A stretch of 64,000 nt of DNA from Dudresnaya verticillata (taxonomy: Eukaryota). How positions within the stretch are numbered: position 1 is the first letter of the stretch; the number at the start of each line of letters is the position of its first letter. Shown here piece by piece: positions 22,645-34,528 of the stretch. The notes below the pieces were generated by a model. It saw nothing but the letters and a program-made list of their open reading frames with translations. It was not told the DNA's origin and did no database searches. Position numbers and translations under genes: made by a program. The stretch is taken from contig OZ374564.1 of the NCBI GenBank assembly GCA_977862235.1, positions 1,364,001 through 1,428,000 on the forward strand. Reading direction: 5' to 3'.

Positions 22645-23479
22645 TGTGGCATAGACGTCAGGTCGAACTGACGTCTAGCTGCGCTGGTCGATCAGTCGCA
22701 CCCAGACCCGTCGAAGGGTGGTAGCTGGTGGTAGAGCGGTGGTGTCGGCCGCGCGCGCCGTCGACGGTCGCGGATCAACGGCGTCGAAGCCTGAGCGCGC
22801 ACGGGGCGTACTGTACGCGGGCGGCAGCGGCCGGATCCCTGCGTCCCCGTCGTGGGGCGGCACGAAGCCGACGGTAGGGAAAGGAAAAGGAAAGCCTAGA
22901 TGGCTAGGGAAAGAGGGAATCCGTAGGGCGAAGGACTGGGAAAGAAACCCAAAGCAGAAAGGGCAAGCCTGGCGTAGGCTGGCTTGCCTGGTTTACTGAA
23001 GCCTAGAGGGGCGACTACTAGATATACTACAGGGCCTGCGGCGGCACCAACCCGGGAGGTGCGCCGGCGCGCCCCAACACGCGTCGACGCGTACGGGTAA
23101 CGGTAACCCGGGGGCGCGCGTAGGCGGAACGGTCCACACGTACTCAACGGCTCGACGCCGGAGTGCGCGCGCGCGTGTCACGCACTCAACGGCTCTGCGC
23201 CGGAGTGCGTGCGCACAGCGCGCGGGACAGCAGGGCGTTCGACCGCCGCTTACACTAGAGGGTGCTGTACACTTACAAAACAATAAACGTAGAAATTACA
23301 TGGGAGTTTCAGTGTCACACGCGAACGCGTGCACACGTGGGCGCCACTGCGCACTCCCTTACAGTTCAGCGGGGCTTCGGCGCCACCGGCTGACAGCGTG
23401 CGCACAGCAGTGCACACGTGGCGCAGCTGGTCTCACAGCTGCGCGTGCGTGGCACAGCTGGTCTTACAGCTATGCCACA
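22645..23479 (-). repeat. 5' LTR of element A
   Basis: Direct repeat of 10103..10937. Confidence 0.97.
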
Positions 23480-23484
23480 GTTCC

Positions 23485-25019
23485 CCTGCGTAAGATTACG
23501 GAATTGGAAATCGCTAAGGCGTTTGTTCGACATTGGGTGTTCGTGTATGGCCCCCCCAAGAAGCTACTGTCCGACAACGGACCACAATTTGCTGCCAAAC
23601 GTTTCCAGGACATCTGTAGCCTGCTGGGAGTGGAGAACCTCTTCACCAACACTTACCATCCGCAGTGTAACGGCCAGATGGAACGATTCAATCGTACCAT
23701 CCTCGCCTCGCTGGGCCACTACGTAGCGCATCATCCCAGGGACTGGGATCTATTCACGGACGCCCTGGTCTTCACGTACAACACGCAGTTGCATTCCTCT
23801 ATCCACCTTTCCCCGTTCGAGTTGGTGCTGTCTAAGCCACAACGACCGTTGTCGTTCCAAGCGGAACGGTCGCTTGAAAGCGTGCTCACCGTCGGGCAAT
23901 ACTACATCAAGTGGCGAACTTGGCTAGCCGCACTTATGGGGACAGCGAAATCGTCCCTAGAGAAAACGCAAGCACGTTACAGACGGAACTTTGATCCCCG
24001 ACTGAGGAAGTCAAAGGACAAGATCGCCGAATTCGACTTCGTATTCGTACGAAAAGAGTACTTCGTCCGAGGCGGTGGCATCGATCACGCAGAGCGGAAG
24101 CACAAACTGGCGCCGGTGGTGGACGGTCCGTACCGAGTGACACACGTCGGTGACGATACCGTGACCGTCGACAAGGGACGTGAAGAACGCGAACGTTTAT
24201 CGCGAGACCACGTGGTGTGGGCACCGACCCCACCAGGACAGGCCGCCCACTCAATCGTACCCCACCAGGTCCTCCATCGGAACAAGGCACCCCCGCCCCC
24301 ACTTCAGAAGAAGAGGAGGTTTGTAACAGTGTTACACCGACGGCGGACCCGGCAAATGACGCAGGGACAACGCGGATCGCGGGAAGTTCGCAGGAGCGCA
24401 TGATTGCGACACCGATCATCGGTGGGTTGGACGAGCTTACGCCATTCGCGGCCGACCCGCACGAGCACTCTTCGCAATCCGTCTCTGACGATGAACGAAG
24501 TCCCGAAATCCGCACTCGTTTGCAACACGCCACTGCGGCACAGCCGACGACCAACGTTGGCCCCTCTTCAAGCGCGTCGAATGCTGATGACGAAAACCGT
24601 GCGAACACGAACGAACGGGCTAGAAGCGATAGACTCGTCCAAAGATGAAGCAAAGCGGTAACCGCTGAACAAGCGTCGGAGGCCCAAGGCCAGCGCCTTA
24701 GGCGATCAACCCGTCGAGTACGATTCGCCGATCTTTACAGACACCCATCGCGCAACGAGACGAACCGTTAAAGGTGCTGGAAGGGCACAAGTCCAGGCCG
24801 ATCGCTGTGAGTGGGAAGGAATACGTTATCGAACGAATCGAATCGCACGCGCATGCGGAAGATGCCGAGGTCCAATACCCCATCAAGTGGTTTGGCTACC
24901 CCGCTTCAGCGAACACCTGGGAGCCAGTCTCCAGTTTGCCGCGATCACACGTCGTACGGTACCACCTTCACAAAAGCATACGCCTACCACCAAACATCGA
25001 AGACGCGCAGCGCGGATAA
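23485..25019 (+). pseudogene. Remainder of element C integrase plus chromodomain
   Basis: LLSDNGPQF...YHPQCNGQMERFN, GPY motif, and chromodomain YVIERIESH...KWFGY...TWEP (~24822-24965). Confidence 0.9.
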
Positions 25020-26429
25020 CCCTAATCAGGAAACAACGCTGGAAGCGAACGGGATGAAAAATCGAGATCGCATGCGGGCGTTACGGTTGCCAAAGGTGTG
25101 GAAGCTCAGCTCGTGCCATGTGGACGCGGCCGCACCCGCTGTAGCGACAGACACGTCCGCACGTCATGGACGGGAATAGACGCAAGTCGTTGCATCATTG
25201 ACGGCCGCGCCAACGGGCACCTCGCAGGCCCCCCCCATACAGGAGCCCTAGATTGGAGCATGGCTGACAGTGGATCTAGATCGCAAATCGAGATAAGCAC
25301 CCTACCAATCGGGTAATAGGAACAAAAAGCGACCGGACAATTTTTAGTTGACAAACACGGCGAGGTGCACTGCCCAACAATCAACGACTCGACGAACACA
25401 ATAATGCCCAGTGGCTAAGCAGGTGCTAAGAGCACTAGCGACGACAGGCGCAAATGGAATCGAGGAACGACCGTCTCCGACGACGGGGCCAACATTCGCA
25501 CCGCGGCCAGGTCCCTGGTACCGTCACCCTACCGGCGACGGCCGCGCAAGAACACACGCGCCCTACGTCTCCGACGTAACTCGCAAAGAAAGGGCGCGCC
25601 GACGAACCCTCCAAAAGGGGGAAGGTGGTTGAAGACGCAGTTGCCCTGGCTTCCGTGGACGACGCACCAAGAAATCTCAAAATGACTCCGCCCCTGGACG
25701 TGGCCGTGTGGACCACAGGCACGCGACGGCGACCATTCCCCACCCCCAAAGGAGAACATCAGAGACGAAAGGAGCGGCAACGCCAAGTCGCCTAAGCACA
25801 TCCCTGCGCACCTACGTCACCGTCGTTGCGACCCTCGTCGACGACGCCGTACAAAACAATATGCTGTAATAGCGACGATCATAAGGGTACAGCTCAGCTC
25901 CATCTACCCTCAACCACGCCTAGGGCGCACCGCGGCATATGCAATACAAAAACGCTAAGTTAGTGGAAACGGGTCTTACCTGAACGACGTCTCTTGACGA
26001 TCATCACCGTTTTACAACGAGAGAGCAAGGTGCCGCCACCTAACAACCACACGTGCAACACGAACGAACAACGCAACTAGCGGCTAAGACTAATGGCATC
26101 ACATGCCACCGCTACTGTAGCGGGATCGAGGAAACGAAACGAAGCCGAAATGGGCCACCCTAAGTCCGAACGCGAAACGGGACACAGAAAGACGCGTAAA
26201 ATAGTCGAGTTTACTAGGCTAAAGAAGTAGGGACAACCCCGCGCCCTTGCTAACGACCACTCCAGCTAACATGTCACAACGACTGCAACACTAACCGTCA
26301 ACGACGAATGGGAACAACCCCCGCTCATCGACCCCGAAGAGGAGTCGAAAACGTCACAGTACGCACTCTCGCGTCGGCTACCTGTTTCTAAAAGTGGTAT
26401 AAAGTATCTTTCGTCGCAGACGAGTTGGC

Positions 26430-27370
26430 TGGGACAAACTCAGCATCGTCCTCGGCGGACTCGCGCAACGCCTCTTCATAGAGGTCGTCCTCAGTCGTCT
26501 ACGGTAAACCCGCTGCAGGAGCAGGGATGGACCGCAAGGGCCCCGCCGCTACAAATGCCGTATTAATCGCGACAGCCGCCACAGGCGTGAGGGGCGACTC
26601 AACAACCGTCTTCGCCGTCGTCGCTAGAGTCCCCGTCACAGGCGATGGAGCAACTAAAACCGCCGCAGGCGTAGAGTTCAACTCACCATTCGCCTTTGGC
26701 GCCGACCCAGAACCAACCGCCTTTGGCGTAAGCTCAGAAACCGCCCCGATCGGCGTCACATCCTCACTCACCTTTGGCGTTATTGAATCTACATCCGTCG
26801 CTGACGCAGGAGCACCTGGCTCCTTTGGATCATCGAAGACGTTATAGCAGCATTTGTTTCGCTCACCGCAGACGGCAAAGCAACCATAGCGGCTTCAGAC
26901 GCTGGAACATTCGCCTTAGGTGATGGCGGCTTTCCTGCCACACCGTCTTTCGACGCAGAACCTACGACAACAGTCGGTTCCGGCGTGGACCCACCCTGGG
27001 GTGGCAAGGCAACCGCTAAGGATTAGCTCACCCACTCCGTGGGCGAGCCGCTCAAACCGCTAGTAGCGACGTAGGCAGTCTGCAATAACGCGAGGACTGT
27101 ACGACGCTGTTTTTTGGTCCAGACCGGCACGCCGGGAGCCTTCCCAAAACCGTCTACGACGCTTGATGTTCCGCCTTCTGGCACTACAATTGGGGGTGGC
27201 TCCGACACTGGCACAGCCATAATGACGTCACCCTCGTCGTCAGCAACGGGCGCCGCAAGGTCCAAGGGCGAAACAGCTGATACACCAGTTCACGCAACAC
27301 CCGCCGCACAAGGCTCCGTGCGCAACGTCGTGGACGGGGAAGCAGCTCCAGCAACGGACTCAACCGCCAT
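26430..27370 (-). pseudogene. Decayed Ala/Pro/Val-rich antisense ORF in the 3' region of element C
   Basis: Collinear minus-strand ORF fragments 27023..27265, 26789..27007 and 26499..26771 of similar composition. Confidence 0.45.
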
Positions 27371-28287
27371 AGGCGTAGCAATAGCCGTCCGAGACGAGTT
27401 ACCCGGTCCGCGGTGGCGTGAAAAGCATCCTCTTCCGCTATCAAGGCGCTCAAAAGAGGAGGGAAAGCACCGACAAAGTCGCAGTTCTTATGCGAACCAC
27501 GCGTGTGATTACCCGGCGTGAAGCGATCAGTCTTGCGATGGCTTTCCGTTATGTTCTTCGTCGTGCAACGTTTTGTCCAAGGGTTATACCAAATCCAATC
27601 GCCACAGGCGGAATGAGTACGACTCATCGCGTAACGCGGACGATTCGCCTTACGGCGATTGTTGGATAATGGCACGGCAACCGGGTCGTTGCAATCAATA
27701 CCATCTGCAACAGCGCGCAAGTCCCAGAACTCCTGGCAGTTCCGTGAACTACCGCGTATTTCGACTAAGTCGAGGCCACCAAGAAGGGCGACCACACGAC
27801 GGCGGAAAGTGGTACATACGGAAGGTGTCATACACCTCCCATAACCAATTGTATACTACGTTGGCCACCCACTCAGTGCAGAACGCTACCCAATATCTCG
27901 AATACGGGTCTGTCATCAGTTCGGAACCAAGATATGTGACACACGGGGGACTTCTGCTGCGAAACCTTCGCATATCTCGAACTCATGCCACACAGGCGGC
28001 ACCTTCACAAAACAGTGGGGTAACTTACTTCGCTCAATGGGGTCGACCTGCATGTCCTTATAAGGTACAAACACGCCCTTTCGGCGACGCATTTCACATT
28101 CCGAACGGATACAACGCTCCCAAAAGAACGTACCCGTTCGATGCAGATAACGAAAATGCACTTTCAAGCTTACACTTACGAGGTAAGCCTCTTGCAAAAC
28201 GCGAGGCTCAATCGGCACGCTCACGTATTTGAGCGATAACGTCCCAAGACGACCAGCATATTCGGTCTCGCCGTCTGTTCGGTATTG

Positions 28288-28659
28288 TCACGCTTCAAAG
28301 TTGAAGACGATCGGCGTTAACGCCGACCCGGGGTAACGCGTGAATCGCCGATAGACGTCCGAGACGAAACGAGCGTGGACATCCGCACGCGACTGTCCAG
28401 CTCGGACCCAAAACCATTCCGGAGGAACCGCACAGCGCAACTTCCACTCCAACGTCCAGACGACGCCAAGGGGCAGGCCCCCTGGCAAGAATCCGCTAGT
28501 AGCGTAATGAGCAACCAACTCGTTGCTGCGCAAAGCCTCCTCGTCGAGCCAGGGAGCCCGCGCGAAGAAATACGCATGATCGCGAGGATTCTTACCGACG
28601 AAGTCGACGGGAGATGCGTATACTGGCGCGGCCAATGGTGCCGCCACCATGCATGCCAT
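28288..28659 (-). CDS. Small antisense ORF (123 aa) in element C, function unknown
   Basis: Protein-like aromatic-rich sequence from MACMVAAP; TATA-like CTATATTT at 28873-28880 on the minus strand. Confidence 0.4.
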   Translation of the reverse strand: MACMVAAPLAAPVYASPVDFVGKNPRDHAYFFARAPWLDEEALRSNELVAHYATSGFLPGGLPLGVVWTLEWKLRCAVPPEWFWVRAGQSRADVHARFVSDVYRRFTRYPGSALTPIVFNFEA

Positions 28660-28934
28660 TGAATACCGGAATAACGTCGAAGCCGAGGATACGTGTAGCA
28701 GTATGGCCCCGGCCAGAACAGCAAACAAAAGAAAAGGGACAGCTGTCCGGCGACACACGCTAGGGTGTGGTAGCTCGATGGAGATTGGTAGAGTCTTGAA
28801 AAGGAGACAGGCCCTGATGGCCCGAAAGGGGGATACAGAAGCGCGGTAAACACTCGGCGCGACCGACTCAGGAAATATAGAGGTTGCGAGCTGGTGTTTC
28901 GCAGAGTACTTGTCGTACGATTTCCAGGCCCGTA

Positions 28935-29708
28935 TGTAGTATAGACGTCGCGTCGATCCGATGTCTGATACTTGCTGGTCCGAAGCCGCCACACAGGCCC
29001 GTCGATGGGTAGCTGTTGGGGTTGGTAGAGCGGTGTCGGCCGCATGCGCCCCGCAGGTGCGGATCGACGGCGTCGATGCCGGAGCGCGCACGGGGCGTAC
29101 CGTACGCGGGTAGGCAGCGGCCGGATCCCAGCGTCCCTGTCGAAGGGCGGCACGAAGCCGACGGAAAGGAAAAGGAAAGGGGAAAGCCTAGCGAGGCAAG
29201 GGGAAAAAGGGAAACCGCCCGCTGGCGTAAGGCAAAGGGATCGAACCCGAAAAGGCTGGGGGCAAGCTTCAGCGCGAGCTGTTGCTTGCCCGGTTTACTG
29301 AGCCGTCGATGGCCGATGGTCTTAAATACCCTACACTATGTGCACTACGACTACTTCTACAGTAGGTGCGCCCCACAACACCAACGCGGGAGGTGTGCGA
29401 GCGCGCGCCCATACACGTGTCGACACGTCCGGGTAACGGTTACCCGTGGGCGCGCGCGGGGCGTAACGGGCAGCGGCCCTCTCAACGGCTCGATGCCGGA
29501 GAGCGTCACAGGGGCGCGCCGTGTGCGGCACGGCGCGCGGCCGCTGCCGGCAGCAATGCGGTCGACCGCTACTAATTCAACGAAAAAACTAAGGGCACGC
29601 GGCCCAACCACGACTCGCCAGCGGGCGTCATCGTGTGCACCATTACAGTGCGGCGCTGCCAGCATACCTTACAGCCGCTGCTGATAGTGTGCTGACAGCT
29701 ATACTACA
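28935..29708 (-). mobile_element. Solo LTR related to family A (774 bp)
   Basis: TGTAGTATAG...CTATACTACA termini, TSD CCGTA on both sides, and visible similarity to the A LTR. Confidence 0.93.
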
Positions 29709-30677
29709 CCGTACTAGGCGACCCCTGCAGGCGCGGAGCGTCCGGAAGACCAGAAAGTGGGCAAAGCGCGAACAACTCCGCTGAGCGATTATTCTGAGGG
29801 CGCTGGCTATTCCGGCGCCCGTAAGTAGGGTTTGACAGCCGAACAGTCTATCAGCCCGAAAGGGGGTCTAAGTTAGTCTATGATTATAGTTATGTAGGTT
29901 AGTATAGTCAGTACAAAGTAAAAGTGGGAATGCGTTCCAGTTAGGGGACTTGGTGGCGGATGCGCCGGTGCCCAAGCCGAGGTCTCGGCTGCATTGTCGA
30001 TACCCTGAGCGCAGGGGCGCTCCTCGTCCATGAGTAGGAGCGCGGCGGCGCGTCGTAAATCAGCCAATACGAGGCGTCCAGTTGGCGCCACTGTAATGCC
30101 ACGAGTAGCCCACGTGTGCAGAGATGAAAGGATAGCTGTCCTGATTAAGGGAAGTCTGTCCAGCAAAAAGGAGTGCCCTTCTGTAAGCCCTTCTGCTGAC
30201 AGCGTCCATTCTGCCACAATACGTTAGCGCCGCTGGCGATGTATGCAAGAAGGTCAAAGCCGACTACTGTCCAACACCACTGGCGAAAGTCTCACACACG
30301 TACGTCAAAGACGATTACTGTTCGGCGCCACAGGCGATGGAAAAAGATCTGCGTCAACGACGTTCAGTCAAAACGCCACAGGCGATACGAAAAAAGGATT
30401 ATGGTGATAACGTCGATGACGGTTTAGTCGCGGTGCCAGAAGGCGAAGGAACCTGAACGACGTCAACGACGGGAATCGGAACGCGCCAGGGGCGGTCATG
30501 TCGGAGCACCGCAAGCGACGCAACACGTAACACGATTGGAGTCAGGACGGCACAGTTGGAGGCGCAAACGCACACGCGGGCACGCCAAGACAAGGGCGCA
30601 GGAATGGACGTGGTCGAAGAGGCAGAGTGCAGCAACAAGTCGACGATCGGACGTGTTCGAGTTTTGGAAGGGGGTCG

Positions 30678-31434
30678 TGTGGTGCAAAGAGGGGTGAGCG
30701 TCTTTTTCGGTCTGAGTGCATAATAAGACGTCGAACGATGGGCAGTCCCAACAGTTGCTGGCGCGCGCGAAAACGTCACGGACAGTGGGCCCAACGGCGT
30801 GCAGACGCCGCAATCGTGCACGGACATGGCGGCTCAAGCACTGTACGTCCGGCGCGGCAAGCATCCGGATCACCCATCAGGATGCAGGAGGTGTAAGGTG
30901 CGCATCTGTAAGTATGGCCCAGATCCGGATTGGATCTGGATCGGACATCGGGATTACCCATCTGGATCCGTTACAATCTAAGGCATGCGCCTGTAATGAC
31001 CACGGGCCAGCAATACTGGCAGGAATCGGGATCCAGATCCGGATCACCTCTAACGGTACGCGCGCGCACCTGTAAGATACTCGTTATGCGCGCCGACGCC
31101 TGTACACTACGCCTTACCAGACCTTGAGGTAAACTCCCGGCAAGCCAGCCCTGGTCCAGACGACCCTTCACGCGCTACGCGTACCTACTCGGTAGCCTTG
31201 AGGCCCAAGCGTCTGATCTACCGCGCTTCCGCGTCCGCACTGCGTCCACGTCGAGCTTCCTTTTGCCCTCTTTTTTCCCTTTTGTTCTCTTGTTTTCCCT
31301 TTTACCGCCCAGGGCGTTTACAGTCCGCCCCCGGCGAGTTCCCTTAGTTCTACCACCCTACCCGCTTCCAGCGCCTACCCACCGGGAGCGAACTTGCCGG
31401 AGGTGCTACTCGTTTCTAGACGGTTTGCGCCGCA
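30678..31434 (+). repeat. 3' LTR of a family-B-related element
   Basis: Preceded by PPT GGAAGGGGG; inverted homology to 4264..5159 including the GATC cluster. Confidence 0.8.
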
Positions 31435-32066
31435 TTCGCGAATAATTCGCGAATAGGCCACGGCCTAAGCTATAAATTTCCAGAGCTCTACTTTCGAGAT
31501 CTGAACTTCTCAGGTCTCAACCTGAATTTTCCAAAACGCCTTCAGTCTGAGCTGGAGACTTTTGCAGCAGATTCAGGTCGCTGCAATATCCTTGCAGCAT
31601 ACGTTGAAACTGTCACAGTCAAGAAATTCGCGTTGCCCATCGCGTCGCTAGCCCCAGGAATTCACACATTGACAATTCAATTGTCCTAACATTCATACAA
31701 CTAGCCTCTCGGTCGCAAGTCGGGGCAGTAAATTCCCTCCCGTGAGCGAGACAAACGCTCTCACTATCCTCGTGTATGTTCATCCCTCGATATGGAATTA
31801 TGTATCACATGGTTCGAAGCATTTATTGTCACATTGGTTCTGCGTTTGAGTGTGGTATTCAACGGATTTTCTCCTTTCTAGAACCCAAATCTATGTCTCA
31901 GTATTATCAAGTTATTTGAAGCTTGTTTCTTCACAACTACAATGTGGACATGCAAAGAGAAAATACATTAGCACAGCATAACATAGATTTGCATCATATA
32001 TATCTTGGATACTATACAAACCATAGTCAGTAAAGGGATACGGGCGAAGTGAGGCAGAATGTTTTC

Positions 32067-32718
32067 CTAGACGCACAAAGAGAACGTGTAAGCAACTGAA
32101 AGCAGGTAGGTGCCGATTTCAGAAACCGGACGGTTTCTCTTTTCGGGGACCTGAACCCCTTTTTCCTCGTACGGGCAGGCAAACTCTCGTATCTTCTGGA
32201 AACCCTGTACAATATCCTTCAATGCATCCGCGAATTTCTCCTTCGTCTTCCCAAAGGGTCTGTAGACCTTTGCTGACTTCCTGTGCATAGCTTTGCAAAA
32301 TGGTATCAAATCTCTGGTACTTCTAACTGAGGCACTGGAGAGTGGAGGGAAGTGTACAATGAAAGGACGAAGAGGTGGTCTCCGGAAGTGAAAGGCGTAC
32401 TTCTCTTCACATCGAATAGCGTGGTACCAGTCTTTGAGAGTGTACACAAAGAACCTGCGGAATACCTTTATATGTGAGGTAGAAAGAGGTCGATAGCCTA
32501 GACAATGTTGACAATTATCATGTTGTTAGGGTCATTGGATTTCGAGGTTCGACAGTGAAGACAGGAATTAACAACGTACAGCCATCATAATAGTAGAAAC
32601 TCTGCCCCACAAGGGTCTCGTTGAATGGAGCCCGTTGTATAGAGCATGAATTGGATGAGCCAAGAGCTGTAGAGAAAAGGACGGTTGTGAGAGCCACAGA
32701 CTTGAAAAGATACCTCAT
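32067..32718 (-). pseudogene. Putative secreted-protein gene, interrupted
   Basis: Signal-peptide-like MRYLFKSVALTTVLFSTALGS, stop at 32518, and a downstream Cys-containing ORF 32067..32447. Confidence 0.4.
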
Positions 32719-32828
32719 GACCCGAACAAATATCGCTTGTGTTCTCTCTGAAGGATGAGGGTGATATTCGGGTTGACAATCGAAAAGACTGTCTCTATGT
32801 AGTATCGGATTCTTATATGGACTTTTCG

Positions 32829-32883
32829 TGGAGCCCCCGCACTCCGGGGTTGGTCCCACCAACCCCGGAGTGCGGGGGCTCCA
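32829..32883. repeat. Perfect 26-bp inverted repeat with 3-nt loop
   Basis: TGGAGCCCCCGCACTCCGGGGTTGGT-CCC-ACCAACCCCGGAGTGCGGGGGCTCCA. Confidence 0.95.
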
Positions 32884-33196
32884 AGACAAGCTGGTACTGT
32901 AGCAAAAAACAAAAAGGTCGCTCTCCTAAGCGATGGGCTCGGAGACGACGGTGGAAGGCGAAATATTGGATACGGAAAGGTTACAAGGGGGCATGTTTCT
33001 GTATATGTCTATGTGCGTTAAGGCAGAATGTTTGGATTCTGAAATTTGTTGGGACTACAGTATCGGGCCTACTTGCGGAAATCAAATCAAGTGTACCGCC
33101 AGTGTAACAAGAAAGCGCTTCTCGGACATGATTTATGAAGTTCAGTACCAGTTACTGGCATATGGTCAAGCTGCATTGCTCGGAAAACATAGTTGC

Positions 33197-33226
33197 GAGG
33201 AGGAGGAGGAGGAGGAGGAGGAGGAG
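33197..33226. repeat. (GAG)10 microsatellite
   Basis: Read directly from the sequence. Confidence 0.95.
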
Positions 33227-34466
33227 GCTCTGTTGTCTGTGGAGTAGGATCCATTTGCAGTACAGTAGTCCGAGAAAGCGTTGTAACGCCCTGCGCTATA
33301 AGCGCATCCTTCCGCTCTACGAGCGAAGGAGAGAGCGTACTAGAACCTATCTGGTCTAGTCGTCTGTGAGCCGTTGGAGTAGCCCAGCACAGGGTGAAAG
33401 GTCGCAGGTTCGAGTCTCCGAGCGGGAGGCTCGAGCTCTTTTTCCTGACGCGACGCTGCGACTCCGAAACTCGCTACAGCGTGAAAGTGATAGGCTCATA
33501 GTGAAAGGTATGGTTTGCAGCGCATGCTTTCCATTATACCGAACACGATACTTGCCCCATTCAGAAGCTGTTCTTCGTCTCAGCGGCTTTCTAATTGTCT
33601 TGAAGGGTTTCAACAGCTACCCACTTGCGTTTTTGCTTTCCTTGAAGCTGTAGCAGTATCTACATGGAGGATCGGAAAGTATGTAAATGTGAACAAACTC
33701 CGCGATGAGAACGTGCAGGACTTGCAATCGAAGCAATTACGAGCAGGACTTGCAGTCGAAGTAATTACGTGCACTGTGTCCCAATTGGCTGGAGATATAG
33801 ACTCGATATGTTGATGTGAATAGCTGGCGATACCGTCATTACTGCTTCCATCACGAGAATAAAGTGCATCTCTCTCCATCACGAGCATTAACGTTGCGTT
33901 TTTCCTGTAAAGAGGATAAACGATCTCTTCATTGCTGCAAAATAGCAGAGATTGTATTCAAGCAGGCGACGTGCCGCTCAGAACAGGACTGTGACCAAGG
34001 GAACTTGACGCTACCCGGCGATGAAATTGGTAAGGAAATCAAAGCAGAACCTCCACTCCCCATCTGCCTGCTTCAGATAACTGAGGAGACGAACTGTAAA
34101 CTGAGGTGTTCAGCACCATACAATACCATACTAAAGAAGAACATAAAAATCTGATGGTGAGATCCGCGCGGCAGTGTCAGAATGAGTCGGATACAGCAGT
34201 ATCCTTATCAGCACGATGACTCAGATGCAAATGCATTATGAAGTTGACTTCATATCTATATATCGAATACAAAGTATTTGATATGTAACACTACAAACAA
34301 CAAATATTGTTGTATCCTTGTACTATCTACAGCTACTGACTTTTACACTGCACTTCATGTTTATTGTAGCTTGGAAAACTATTCAGATGCATATAAATGG
34401 ATCAGAGACTAGCAAATCTATGAGATCCAAGACAGAACAAGTAAAAGCGTCACCATTTTTCAGAAA

Positions 34467-34480
34467 GGTTATGGGCCCAG
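34467..34480 (+). promoter_or_regulatory. Copia-type PBS GGTTATGGGCCCAG (internal tRNA-iMet)
   Basis: Directly follows the 5' LTR; same type as the Drosophila copia half-tRNA PBS. Confidence 0.85.
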
Positions 34481-34528
34481 ACGCAAGCCTCTAGCATACT
34501 TGGTTTACGAAACTGAAATACTGAAGAA

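Larger units (their letters stand above)
10103..23479 (-). mobile_element. Full-length young Ty3/gypsy chromovirus (element A, 13.4 kb)
   Basis: Two 835-bp LTRs (TGTGGCATAG...CTATGCCACA) differing at ~5 sites. TSD GTTCC at 10098-10102 and 23480-23484. PBS, PPT, gag, and pol with chromodomain. Confidence 0.97.
6460..29870 (+). mobile_element. Older degenerate chromovirus C, 5'-truncated, split by element A and a solo LTR (ends approximate)
   Basis: Zn knuckle CHQCYARGHIAPDC (~6635-6676), then PR, RT, RH, IN and chromodomain. Integrase resumes right after the TSD at 23480. PPT-like AAAGGGGG near 29860. Confidence 0.75.

Noticed and set aside
23300..23479. N-terminus of the 367-aa ORF 23300..24403
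   Set aside because: Chance read-through from the A LTR into the C integrase.
29869..30230. 3' LTR of element C
   Set aside because: It follows a PPT-like tract but lacks a TG start, a defined end and a partner LTR.
31434..31454. Tandem ATTCGCGAAT palindromes
   Set aside because: Only two units, too short to assign.
33356..34154. Possible host gene fragments
   Set aside because: Short ORFs without a recognisable motif.
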